57,571 nt of DNA from Pseudomonadota bacterium (GTDB lineage: Bacteria; Pseudomonadota; Alphaproteobacteria; Puniceispirillales; Puniceispirillaceae), in contig JAYYLR010000055.1 of the NCBI GenBank assembly GCA_036143955.1, positions 1 to 57,571 of the forward strand. The letters run 5' to 3'. The position numbers and the translations under genes were made by a program. The notes under the pieces are model-generated. The model was not told the origin of the DNA. It ran no database searches and worked only from the letters and a program-made list of their open reading frames with translations. Position 1 is the stretch's first letter. Each line of letters opens with the position of its first letter. Positions 49,311 to 57,571 of this stretch are shown here, piece by piece.

Positions 49311-51281
49311 ATGAACATCCGCGAAAACAGACAAAAAGCCGGCTTGCTGACCTATATCAGCCGGATGGTTTGCATCCTGGTTCTGCTCTTTGCCGGCAGC
49401 CTCGGTGCCATCGCGGCGCAGTCGAACTGGGATGGCGACCCGCAGATCGGCGAGGCACGGCTGATATCAGCCGTTTCCGCGACCGGTGATCTCGATACGC
49501 TGCCGCTTGGCGTTGAGTTCACGCTTGCCAGTGGTTGGAAAATCTACTGGCGAACGCCTGGCGAGGCGGGCCTAGCCCCGGTCCTGGACCTGTCCACCAG
49601 TTCCACGCCGGATTTGGTCGGCACCATCAAATGGCCGCTGCCAAAGCGGTTCGATGCTTTCGGCTTCGACAACTTCGGATATGAAAACGCTGTCATCCTG
49701 CCGTTTGACGTCACCGGACATGAAATCGGCGCGCCGGTCATGATCGTTGCGGAGCTGGAAGCCCTGGCCTGTGCCGACATCTGCGTGCCGCTGGCCGGGC
49801 GCCTTGAAATGACCCTTCCGGACGGCGATCCGGTCGCGACACCTCATGCCCAGCCGCTCGCACAATTTGCCGCGATGGTGCCGCGCCGGGCCGAAGAAGG
49901 CGGTATCAGCGCAAGCGGGCCCTCGCTCCGCCCTGAACGGGTTGAGACGCGGGACAACGGGCTTTTCGTGGCCTTCGGACAGGACGCGCCACCAATTGCC
50001 GAGATCTTCGTCGAGGGGCAGGAGACTGTCGCCTTCAAGGCGCCAGAGCCCGTTGAAGGAGGATTCTTCATGCAGGCCGTTCCGGCCGACCAGCTTGATT
50101 TCAGCGCTGCGCCCACTGTGCTGACCATCAGCGCGCCGCCGCAGATTGCGGAGATCCCCGTCGCCGTCTCGCCGCCCGGCGCCATGACCAGGATACAGGG
50201 TCTCTCCCTGCGGATCCTGGCACTGGCCCTTCTTGGTGGGCTGATCTTGAACCTGATGCCCTGCGTCCTGCCCGTTCTTGCCTTGAAATTGTCGGCTGTC
50301 ATCGACGCTGTCGGTGCATCAAGACGGGAATTGCGGTTTCGGTTTCTTGCCGGGGCGGCCGGTATAGTGACCGGCTTTCTGATACTCGCCGCAGGGCTGG
50401 CCATCCTGCGCCTTGCCGGAGGCACGGTCGGCTGGGGTATCCAGTTCCAGAACCCGGCCTTCCTGATTGTTATGATGGTCATGCTTGGCGTGTTCGCCAT
50501 GAGCCTTCTTGACCTTGTCGTCATTCCGGTGCCGCGCTTTGCGCAGGGACTTGCCGGGGCGTCCGGCGGCGTTTTGGCAAGGCCAGGCTATTCTGGCGAT
50601 TTTCTTGCCGGCATGCTGGCAACGATCCTGGCGACTCCATGCTCGGCGCCCTTTGTCGGAACGGCCGTCGCGGTGGCGCTTTCCGGCGGTCTTGCCGATC
50701 TGTTCGGAATTTTCATCGCGCTTGGCATCGGACTTGCGGCGCCGTGGCTGCTGGTGGCGGCGAGACCCTCTCTTGTCGGGTTTCTTCCGCGTCCCGGTCC
50801 CTGGATGCCCTGGCTGAAACGGGGGCTGGCCCTGCTCCTTGCCGGAACGATGCTGTGGCTCGGAACCGTCCTTGCATCCGTCATGGCAACCGGAAAAGCG
50901 GATGACGCCGACACGCAATGGGCGGTCTGGAGCCCAGCGGTGCTCGAGGGTACCCTTGAAGAGGGGCGCCCGGTGATTGTCGACGTGACCGCTGACTGGT
51001 GCGTGACATGCAAGGCCAACAAGGCGCTGGTGCTCGACCGGGCGCCGGTGGCACCGGCGCTTGCCGCCGCTGTGACGACCGGTCGTCTGACGCTTCTTCG
51101 TGCTGACTGGACCCGGCCCGACTCCGATATCGCCGCTTTTCTCGCAGCGCATGGCCGCTATGGAATTCCCTTCAACATCCTTCTTCAACCGGCGGGCCGG
51201 CCACCGGTGATCCTGCCTGAACTGCTGACAGGTTCAGCCGTCATGGCAGCCCTTGAAAAAGCCGGCGTGACAGCCAAATAA
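49311..51281 (+). CDS. dsbD: DsbD/ScsB-type thiol:disulfide interchange protein
   Basis: GWKIYWRTPG, CADIC, LNLMPCVLP, ATPCSAP, TADWCVTC; alternative start 49365. Confidence 0.9.
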   Translation: MNIRENRQKAGLLTYISRMVCILVLLFAGSLGAIAAQSNWDGDPQIGEARLISAVSATGDLDTLPLGVEFTLASGWKIYWRTPGEAGLAPVLDLSTSSTPDLVGTIKWPLPKRFDAFGFDNFGYENAVILPFDVTGHEIGAPVMIVAELEALACADICVPLAGRLEMTLPDGDPVATPHAQPLAQFAAMVPRRAEEGGISASGPSLRPERVETRDNGLFVAFGQDAPPIAEIFVEGQETVAFKAPEPVEGGFFMQAVPADQLDFSAAPTVLTISAPPQIAEIPVAVSPPGAMTRIQGLSLRILALALLGGLILNLMPCVLPVLALKLSAVIDAVGASRRELRFRFLAGAAGIVTGFLILAAGLAILRLAGGTVGWGIQFQNPAFLIVMMVMLGVFAMSLLDLVVIPVPRFAQGLAGASGGVLARPGYSGDFLAGMLATILATPCSAPFVGTAVAVALSGGLADLFGIFIALGIGLAAPWLLVAARPSLVGFLPRPGPWMPWLKRGLALLLAGTMLWLGTVLASVMATGKADDADTQWAVWSPAVLEGTLEEGRPVIVDVTADWCVTCKANKALVLDRAPVAPALAAAVTTGRLTLLRADWTRPDSDIAAFLAAHGRYGIPFNILLQPAGRPPVILPELLTGSAVMAALEKAGVTAK

Positions 51282-51335
51282 CACCACGGCGCGGTACGCG
51301 CCGCTTTTCAGAACAGCGTTCCAGGACAAGACATC

Positions 51336-51815
51336 ATGACCATAGAAGCCGGTCAGCCGATACCCAAGGCCACCTTCCAGATCAAGACAGATGACGGGAT
51401 CGACGCCCACGACACCATCGAGTATTTCGCTACCGGCCGCACGGTCCTTTTTGCATTGCCGGGGGCTTTCACCTCGACATGTTCGGCCAAGCACCTTCCC
51501 GAATTTATCGATCGTGCCGATGATCTGAAATCAGCCGGCGTAGACCGTATTGCCTGTCTTTCGGTGAATGACGCACATGTCATGAAGGCCTGGGGCGATC
51601 AGCACGGCACTGCCGGCAAGATCGACATGATGGCGGACCCGCATGCCGAATTTTCGCGCGCTCTGGGGGTTGCCGTCCAGATGGGCGCGATCCTTGGCGA
51701 GCGGGCGACACGCTGCGTGATGATCATTGATGACGGCGTGCTGACAAAGATCATGGTCGAGGAGGTCGGCGCCTACGAAGTGTCGAGTCCGGCGAGCGTT
51801 CTTGCCAACCTCTAG
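51336..51815 (+). CDS. Peroxiredoxin (Prx5 type)
   Basis: PGAFTSTCSAKHLP, SVNDAHVMKAW. Confidence 0.93.
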   Translation: MTIEAGQPIPKATFQIKTDDGIDAHDTIEYFATGRTVLFALPGAFTSTCSAKHLPEFIDRADDLKSAGVDRIACLSVNDAHVMKAWGDQHGTAGKIDMMADPHAEFSRALGVAVQMGAILGERATRCVMIIDDGVLTKIMVEEVGAYEVSSPASVLANL

Positions 51816-51821
51816 CACTGT

Positions 51822-52262
51822 CTAGCCTGCAAGCGCAGTTGCGGCGGCACGCGCGAGTTCGTCGCACCGTTCGTTCATCTCGTTGCCGGCGTGGCCCTTG
51901 ACCCAGTGCCAGGCCACGTCGTGGCGCTGCACGGCTTCGTCGAGTTGCTTCCACAAATCCTGATTCAGCACAGGCTTCTTGTTTGCCGTTCGCCAGCCAT
52001 TGGCCTTCCAGCGGGGCATCCAGTCGGTCACACCCTGCATCACATATTTGCTGTCGGTGTGGAGTTCGACCCGCATCGGCCGTTTCAATGCGTTCAGCCC
52101 TTCAATCGCAGCCTGAAGTTCCATCCGGTTGTTTGTCGTTCCCTCGACCCCGCCGCTCAGTTCGCGTTCTTCGCCGCGCCACTGCAGGATCGCCGCCCAG
52201 CCGCCAGGACCGGGATTGTTGAGGCAGGATCCGTCTGTGTGGAGGATAACCGAACTGCCCAT
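51822..52262 (-). CDS. rnhA: Ribonuclease HI
   Basis: [32 protein letters not shown]; start 52262 or 52280. Confidence 0.95.
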   Translation of the reverse strand: MGSSVILHTDGSCLNNPGPGGWAAILQWRGEERELSGGVEGTTNNRMELQAAIEGLNALKRPMRVELHTDSKYVMQGVTDWMPRWKANGWRTANKKPVLNQDLWKQLDEAVQRHDVAWHWVKGHAGNEMNERCDELARAAATALAG

Positions 52263-52263
52263 G

Positions 52264-53229
52264 TCAGAGGCCGATGCCATAGGCCGCCGTTCCGGATACC
52301 GATTGATGGAAGCGAAGGATGCTCCAGTATTCCATCGGGTCTTTCGGACTGACGAGCGCGTCGGCCGGGGTATGGATCCAGTCATAGAGGCGGGTCAGGA
52401 AGAAGCGCATTGCCGATCCTGCCGCAAGCGTCGGGATGGCGTCGATTTCCGCGTCGCTGAGCGGGCGTACCGACTGGTATCCCTTCAGCATGGCACGTGA
52501 CTTGGTAAGGTTGAAGCTGCCGTCCGGCTCGAAACACCAGCTGTTTAGGCATATCCCGAGATCGTATGCGAAGATGTCGTCACAGGCGAAATAGAAATCG
52601 ATCACGCCGGTAAGACTGTCGCCGATGAACAGGACGTTGTTGGGAAACAGGTCGGCGTGGATGACACCGGTTGGCAGGTCGACCGGCCATTGCGTGAGAA
52701 TTGACTCCAGCCGCTGGCGGATGGCCTGCCCCATTCCGTCACCGACAACATCCACCTTCTCGCCAATTGACTCGAGCAGTGGAAGCCACGCATGCGGGCC
52801 GAGGGCATTCGGCCGCCGGCGCGTAACCGGTGCGCAGTTCATATGCATCTGTGCCAGTGTTTTGCCAAGTTCGGCACATTTGGCCTTGTTTGGGAAACGG
52901 CTCCAGGTACCGTCAAGGAAGGTGAATATGGCGCAGGGGCGGCCGGCAAGCTCCTGAAGGATGGTCCCGTCGCGCGCCGGCACGGGAAGCGGGCAGTTGA
53001 GCCCTGAATTGGCAAGCACTTCCATGACTTCGATGAAAAAGGGCAGGTCTGATCGTTCGACGCGCTTTTCATAAAGGGTCAGGATGAAGTGCGCCCTGTC
53101 GGTCCGCAGCAGATAGTTGGAGTTTTCCACCCCTTCGGCAATGCCGGCGAAGCTCAACACCGTTCCCAGGTCATAGGCCGTCAGGAATTCGGCAAGCGCA
53201 GCGTCATCGACATTGGTGTAAACCGCCAT
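52264..53229 (-). CDS. thrB: Homoserine kinase (type II, APH-like)
   Basis: [38 protein letters not shown]. Confidence 0.93.
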   Translation of the reverse strand: MAVYTNVDDAALAEFLTAYDLGTVLSFAGIAEGVENSNYLLRTDRAHFILTLYEKRVERSDLPFFIEVMEVLANSGLNCPLPVPARDGTILQELAGRPCAIFTFLDGTWSRFPNKAKCAELGKTLAQMHMNCAPVTRRRPNALGPHAWLPLLESIGEKVDVVGDGMGQAIRQRLESILTQWPVDLPTGVIHADLFPNNVLFIGDSLTGVIDFYFACDDIFAYDLGICLNSWCFEPDGSFNLTKSRAMLKGYQSVRPLSDAEIDAIPTLAAGSAMRFFLTRLYDWIHTPADALVSPKDPMEYWSILRFHQSVSGTAAYGIGL

Positions 53230-53236
53230 GAAGCGT

Positions 53237-54199
53237 CTACGCCTCGCTGGTGAGAATGGCGGGAAGCTTGAAGGTAAGCGTCTCCTCGACAAGCGCGTCC
53301 TCGTCGAGCTGCAGGTCATAGCGCTCCCGCATCTCGTCAATGATCTCCATGACGAGACTTTCCGGCGCCGAGGCGCCCGCAGAAAGCCCTATGTGGACCG
53401 CCCTGTCGACTTCGGCCCAGTCGATGGCATTGCGATCGGCGATCAACCGGCCTGCTTTCGCACCGCCGCGCAGCGCAACCTCGACAAGCCGTTTTGAATT
53501 CGAAGAGTTTTCGGCACCCACGACAAGTACGAGGTCGCAATGTTCGGCGATATGCTTTACCGCGTTCTGCCGGTTTGTCGTCGCATAGCAGATGTCCTCG
53601 CCGCGTGGTCCGGTGATCTCGGGAAACCGGAACTGCAGGATCGAAATGATTTCCGCCGTGTCGTCGACCGACAGGGTGGTCTGTGTGGCAAAGGCGAGGT
53701 CGGCATCTTCGGGAGGCGTAACCTTGCGGGCGTCTTCCGCGGTCTCGATCAGCGTGACTTCGCCTGCCTCGACCTGGCCCATGGTGCCCTCCACCTCGGG
53801 ATGTCCCGCATGGCCGATGAGCAGGATGTGCTTCTTCTGCGCGGCGTGTCGCCGGGCTTCGATATGAACCTTTGTGACGAGGGGGCAGGTCGCATCGACG
53901 GCAATCATCCTGCGGTTTTCCGCTTCGGCCACGACGGCGCGCGATACGCCGTGAGCCGAGAACACGACGGGTGCGCCCTCCGGCACTTCGTCGAGCTCCT
54001 CGACGAAAACGGCGCCTTTCGCCGCGAGGCCGTCGACAACGGTCCGGTTATGCACGATTTCGTGCCGCACATAGACCGGCGCGCCGAACTTCTCCAGCGC
54101 GATCTCGACAATTCGCACCGCACGGTCGACACCCGCGCAGAAGCCGCGCGGGGCGGCGAGATGCAGGAATTTCCGGTCTTTCTGCAAGGATACATCCAT
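53237..54199 (-). CDS. ispH: 4-hydroxy-3-methylbut-2-enyl diphosphate reductase
   Basis: [28 protein letters not shown]. Confidence 0.97.
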   Translation of the reverse strand: MDVSLQKDRKFLHLAAPRGFCAGVDRAVRIVEIALEKFGAPVYVRHEIVHNRTVVDGLAAKGAVFVEELDEVPEGAPVVFSAHGVSRAVVAEAENRRMIAVDATCPLVTKVHIEARRHAAQKKHILLIGHAGHPEVEGTMGQVEAGEVTLIETAEDARKVTPPEDADLAFATQTTLSVDDTAEIISILQFRFPEITGPRGEDICYATTNRQNAVKHIAEHCDLVLVVGAENSSNSKRLVEVALRGGAKAGRLIADRNAIDWAEVDRAVHIGLSAGASAPESLVMEIIDEMRERYDLQLDEDALVEETLTFKLPAILTSEA

Positions 54200-54269
54200 G
54201 CGCTTTTCTTGCGCGATTACGCGCCAGAGGTCAATTGCTGTTGTCGGAAAAAGGGTCTAGGATGCCGCC
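54200..54269. promoter_or_regulatory. Back-to-back divergent promoters (abutting -35 boxes)
   Basis: Minus: TTGACC-N17-CAAGAA-N6-ATG(54199). Plus: TTGCTG-N17-TAGGAT-N6-ATG(54270). Confidence 0.55.
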
Positions 54270-54740
54270 ATGAAAAGCAGTCTCTTGCCATGGCTCCCCT
54301 CCCTATCGGTCTCCCTTGGTGCGGCAACGCTCCTCGCGGCCTGCGCATCCGATCCGGTCTATGTCGCCTGCCCCGACATTACGGCACCAGAGGAGGGGGT
54401 TGAAGCCTTCATGCAGATGGACGACACGAATGAAGTCGTCAACGCCCGTCTGAACGGCGTTACGGCACGTTGCGAGGCCGTTGAAGGCGGCATCGAAATG
54501 GCTGTTTCCATTGGTCTGAAGATCAAGCGGCTACCGGCTGAAACGCTTCCTGCCGGTGTCGCGCAGATCAACATTGCCGGGATGACTGTCGAAGAGGACG
54601 GCGCCGTTGGCGCGTCCGAAACGCTTCGATACAAGGCCGGTTTTACCGACAACACGCAGATCCTCTACCCTGTGGTTGATTACAAGGTCACGGTAAAGAC
54701 CGGTCAGCGGCTTGTCGTCAGCCTGATTCCCGGTATCTAA
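54270..54740 (+). CDS. Hypothetical lipoprotein
   Basis: Signal peptide with lipobox LAAC. Confidence 0.75.
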   Translation: MKSSLLPWLPSLSVSLGAATLLAACASDPVYVACPDITAPEEGVEAFMQMDDTNEVVNARLNGVTARCEAVEGGIEMAVSIGLKIKRLPAETLPAGVAQINIAGMTVEEDGAVGASETLRYKAGFTDNTQILYPVVDYKVTVKTGQRLVVSLIPGI

Positions 54741-54795
54741 CCCGCTTCGTCAGGCGCGGCTGTGGGAAGGTGAGGGCACGCGATGCGTGCCGCTC

Positions 54796-55266
54796 TCAGT
54801 TTAGCTTTTCGATCTCGGCTGCCGACTGGTCGATCAGTGCCATGGCGGCGTCATCATCCAGTTTGGAGGTGATGATCTGTGCTGCGGAGGCAATGGCCAG
54901 CGTTGCAGCCTTCTCGCGCAGTTCGGTCACCATCGCGGCTTCGGCCGCCTGGATCTTGGCCGTTGCCTGCTGTTCGCGACGCTTGATCGTTTCCTCGGCG
55001 GCCTTTTCGGCGTTTTCGCGAATACGTTCGGCCGTCGCTTCGGCTGTCTTGAGGATGCTCTTGGCTTCCTCTGCGGCCTCACGATGCAGGCGCTGGAACT
55101 GATGAAGTTCGTCGAGCGCCTCTTCACGAAGGGCACGCGCCTCGTCGAGTTCGGCCCGGATCTTCTCGGACCGCTCGTCAAGCATTGCCGAGATCGCGCT
55201 TCCCGCCTTTTTCCAGACGAGCGCGACGAAGACGACGAAGCCGACCGCGACCCAGACGGATTCCAT
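54796..55266 (-). CDS. atpF: F0 ATP synthase subunit b
   Basis: N-terminal TM (WVAVGFVVF) plus charged coiled coil; operon position; start 55266 or 55281. Confidence 0.92.
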   Translation of the reverse strand: MESVWVAVGFVVFVALVWKKAGSAISAMLDERSEKIRAELDEARALREEALDELHQFQRLHREAAEEAKSILKTAEATAERIRENAEKAAEETIKRREQQATAKIQAAEAAMVTELREKAATLAIASAAQIITSKLDDDAAMALIDQSAAEIEKLN

Positions 55267-55280
55267 CACAATGCCTTCCA

Positions 55281-55880
55281 TTACCCTGCCTCCTGCGTTG
55301 CCAGCGCCTTGGCAGCTGCCTTCACTGCGCTGTTGGCCTGTGTCTTGGTGGCCTTGACGCCTGCGATCTGGGCTGCTGCCTCGATTGCTGCCTCGGCAGC
55401 GACCGTCGTGAGATTTGCCTCGGCTTCTGCACGGGCCTCGGCAAGCTTGGTCTCGGCAGTGCCGATTTTTGTCGCCATCTTTTTGGCTGCCTTGGCTTCG
55501 ACGGAATCTGCCTTCGCCTGTGCCTTGGCTGCAGCCTCACGGGCGAATTCGGCGGCTTCGCTGCGTGCCTCTTCGAGGCTCGCCTCGTAATCGGCGCGAG
55601 TCTGTGCCGCCTCTGCACTCGCGTCGCGTGCCCTGGTCAGGTCTTCATCGAGACGCGTGCGGCGTTCCTCAAGGACCGATCCGATCCGCGGGGTCACGAC
55701 ACGGGCCATGAAGACATAGCCAACAGCAAAGATCACGACGAGCCAGAACAGCTGTGATGGCCAGGTACCGACCTTCAGCTGCGGGAGCCCTGCCTCACCA
55801 CCGGCCGCGAAGGCGACCGACGATACGCCCACGGCAAGAGCCGCGAGAGACGCGCCCAGCATTCTGTGCACTCTATTCAT
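55281..55880 (-). CDS. F0 ATP synthase subunit b'
   Basis: LPQL...PSQLFWL...PRI...LEER plus coiled coil. Confidence 0.92.
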   Translation of the reverse strand: MNRVHRMLGASLAALAVGVSSVAFAAGGEAGLPQLKVGTWPSQLFWLVVIFAVGYVFMARVVTPRIGSVLEERRTRLDEDLTRARDASAEAAQTRADYEASLEEARSEAAEFAREAAAKAQAKADSVEAKAAKKMATKIGTAETKLAEARAEAEANLTTVAAEAAIEAAAQIAGVKATKTQANSAVKAAAKALATQEAG

Positions 55881-55897
55881 GCCAGTCTCCTTGGACG

Positions 55898-55931
55898 GGC
55901 CGCCGCCGACGCAATTGTCGGGTCGGCGGCC
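55898..55931 (-). other. Intercistronic stem-loop after atpE
   Basis: GGCCGCCG-CCGAC/GTCGG-GT-CGGCGGCC inverted repeat with no U tract. Confidence 0.55.
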
Positions 55932-55954
55932 GCATTCGGAACCGCAAAGACGGC

Positions 55955-56182
55955 TTAGAGGGCGAACAGGAGCAGCAGCGCAACAACAAGTGCGAACAGT
56001 GCAATGGCTTCGGTCAGGGCGAAGCCCAGAATGCCGATGCCGAACACTTCGCCACGAGCTGCAGGATTGCGGGCAATCGAAGTCACAAGTGCGGAGAAGA
56101 TGTTGCCGATACCGACGCCAACGCCAGCAAGAGCGATCACAGCCAGGCCGGCACCGATCATTTTTGCAGCTTCTACTTCCAT
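55955..56182 (-). CDS. atpE: F0 ATP synthase subunit c
   Basis: GxGxGxG, ARNP loop, ALTEA carboxylate. Confidence 0.97.
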   Translation of the reverse strand: MEVEAAKMIGAGLAVIALAGVGVGIGNIFSALVTSIARNPAARGEVFGIGILGFALTEAIALFALVVALLLLFAL

Positions 56183-56274
56183 TTTCCTAGTCCTTCCATA
56201 GGTTTGAAATTCAGGTTACTTCACTTTCAGGGCCGCTGTTGACCGTCAGCGGTTAACGTTACGCCGCGCCGCTC

Positions 56275-57033
56275 CTAGTGGAGATGCAGCGCGTCATTCA
56301 GATACATGCAGGTCAGAATTGTGAACACATAGGCTTGCAGCGCCGCGACCAGGACCTCCAGGCCGGTAAGGCCGATCAGCGCGAGAAGGGGCAGCAGCGA
56401 TCCGGACATGGCGATCCCGCCGGCACCCGAAATCATCACGGCAAGCCCGGCGAAGACCTTCAGCATGGTGTGGCCGGCAAGCATGTTGGCGAAAAGACGA
56501 ACGGACAGGCTGACCGGACGCACGAAGTAGGAAATCACCTCGATGATGATGAGGAACGGAATCAGCACCTTCGGCGCGCCCTGGGGCACGAAGAAGCTGA
56601 AGAAATGCAGACCGTGCTTGAAAAGACCGATCAACGTCACGCCGACGAAGACGAAGCCCGCCATGGCAAAGGTTACGATGATCTGCGAGGTGAAGGTGTA
56701 GGAGTAGGGAATCAGGCCCAGCATGTTGCCGAACAGCAGGAAAACGAACAGCGTGAAGACAAATGGGAAATAGGCTCGGCCGTCATTGCCAACATTGCTT
56801 CGCACCATGTCGGCGACGAACTCATACATCATCTCCGCGGCACCCTGCATCCGGCCCGGGACCAGTTCGCGGTTGCGCATCGCGGCGAACAGGAAACCGC
56901 CACCGACGACCATCGCCAGCAGCATGAACAGGCTCGAGTTGGTGAAGGAGATATCGTAACCGCCTGCCGCCAGCTCAATGATCGGCCTGATCTCGAACTG
57001 CTCAACCGGAGAATGCATGCCCTCGGAAGCCAT
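56275..57033 (-). CDS. atpB: F0 ATP synthase subunit a
   Basis: RPVSLSVRLFANMLAGH, LQAYVF. Confidence 0.97.
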   Translation of the reverse strand: MASEGMHSPVEQFEIRPIIELAAGGYDISFTNSSLFMLLAMVVGGGFLFAAMRNRELVPGRMQGAAEMMYEFVADMVRSNVGNDGRAYFPFVFTLFVFLLFGNMLGLIPYSYTFTSQIIVTFAMAGFVFVGVTLIGLFKHGLHFFSFFVPQGAPKVLIPFLIIIEVISYFVRPVSLSVRLFANMLAGHTMLKVFAGLAVMISGAGGIAMSGSLLPLLALIGLTGLEVLVAALQAYVFTILTCMYLNDALHLH

Positions 57034-57432
57034 CTATCGATCGTCCTCTTTCCTCGACGGCTGACCGCCGTCCTGCTCAATGTTCCGCCCGGCGTTCTGC
57101 CGATGCTCGTCAAAATACCCGGTCGCCATGCCTCGGCCGGACACCATCCGCCAGACATTCAGCATGCCGGCGGCGGCACCAAGGAAGAACAGCATCACCA
57201 GGAACAGCGGTGATGTACCCAGCCAGCGATCCAGTGCCCAGCCAATGAACGCTCCCACAATGACACCGGCGACAAGTTCGGTCGCGACGCGCCCGAGAAT
57301 GGCACCGGCGCCGGCAGGAAGAGCATGTCTTTCCGGCGCCTGTCTTTCACCCTTTTCGTCCCGCATGCGTTCAATGCGCCGGTCAATTTCCTGCAGGCGG
57401 TCATCGCCGCGGTGCCGTTCATTGTCGCTCAT
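57034..57432 (-). CDS. atpI: AtpZ/AtpI-like ATP synthase gene 1 protein
   Basis: ELVAGVIVG..IGW.LD.WLGTSP...G..AG.LNVWR; first gene of the F0 operon. Confidence 0.88.
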   Translation of the reverse strand: MSDNERHRGDDRLQEIDRRIERMRDEKGERQAPERHALPAGAGAILGRVATELVAGVIVGAFIGWALDRWLGTSPLFLVMLFFLGAAAGMLNVWRMVSGRGMATGYFDEHRQNAGRNIEQDGGQPSRKEDDR

Positions 57433-57571
57433 GCCGGTTTCGTAAGGGAGTCTCGGCCGAACCTGCGCCTAAAAACCCGAGGCGCTTTCACTTTTGGTCC
57501 GACGCCGGAAGACGGTTGCCGTTGCTCATCCCGTGTGGTTGCTGTCCGTTTGACCAAAGACATTCAGTGAC

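Overview
A 57.6-kb, high-GC stretch of alphaproteobacterial core chromosome. Gene content, synteny and compactness suggest a marine Rhodospirillales/SAR116-like organism (inference). It holds about 60 tightly packed housekeeping genes: psd-pssA, fur, moaA, gluQ, an HNH nuclease, coq7, tRNA-Leu(CAA), ribF-ileS-lspA-mutL, purD/xseA, a lipid A/LPS cluster (lpxL-lpxK-waaA-lpxJ / GT9-msbA / CtpA-like phosphatase), pmbA and tldD, argC, ubiA, gshA, the aa3 cytochrome c oxidase operon, thrC, dsbD, rnhA-thrB-ispH and the F0 ATP synthase operon. I saw no transposase, integrase, prophage or CRISPR array. The most notable observations are: (1) an A1-type cytochrome c oxidase with three concerted substitutions at the Mg2+/Mn2+ site; (2) a non-coding MmgR/SuhB(alpha-r8)-type sRNA with its own promoter and terminator; (3) geometrically exact bidirectional promoters that appear to drive leaderless genes; (4) a divergent gamma-glutamyl-cyclotransferase-like protein behind argC; (5) a CtpA-like phosphatase beside the lipid A genes, with an LpxK that lacks a conserved Arg; (6) a PLMP-like+HNH (IshB-like) protein. 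All calls come from motif recognition by eye; no database searches were run.
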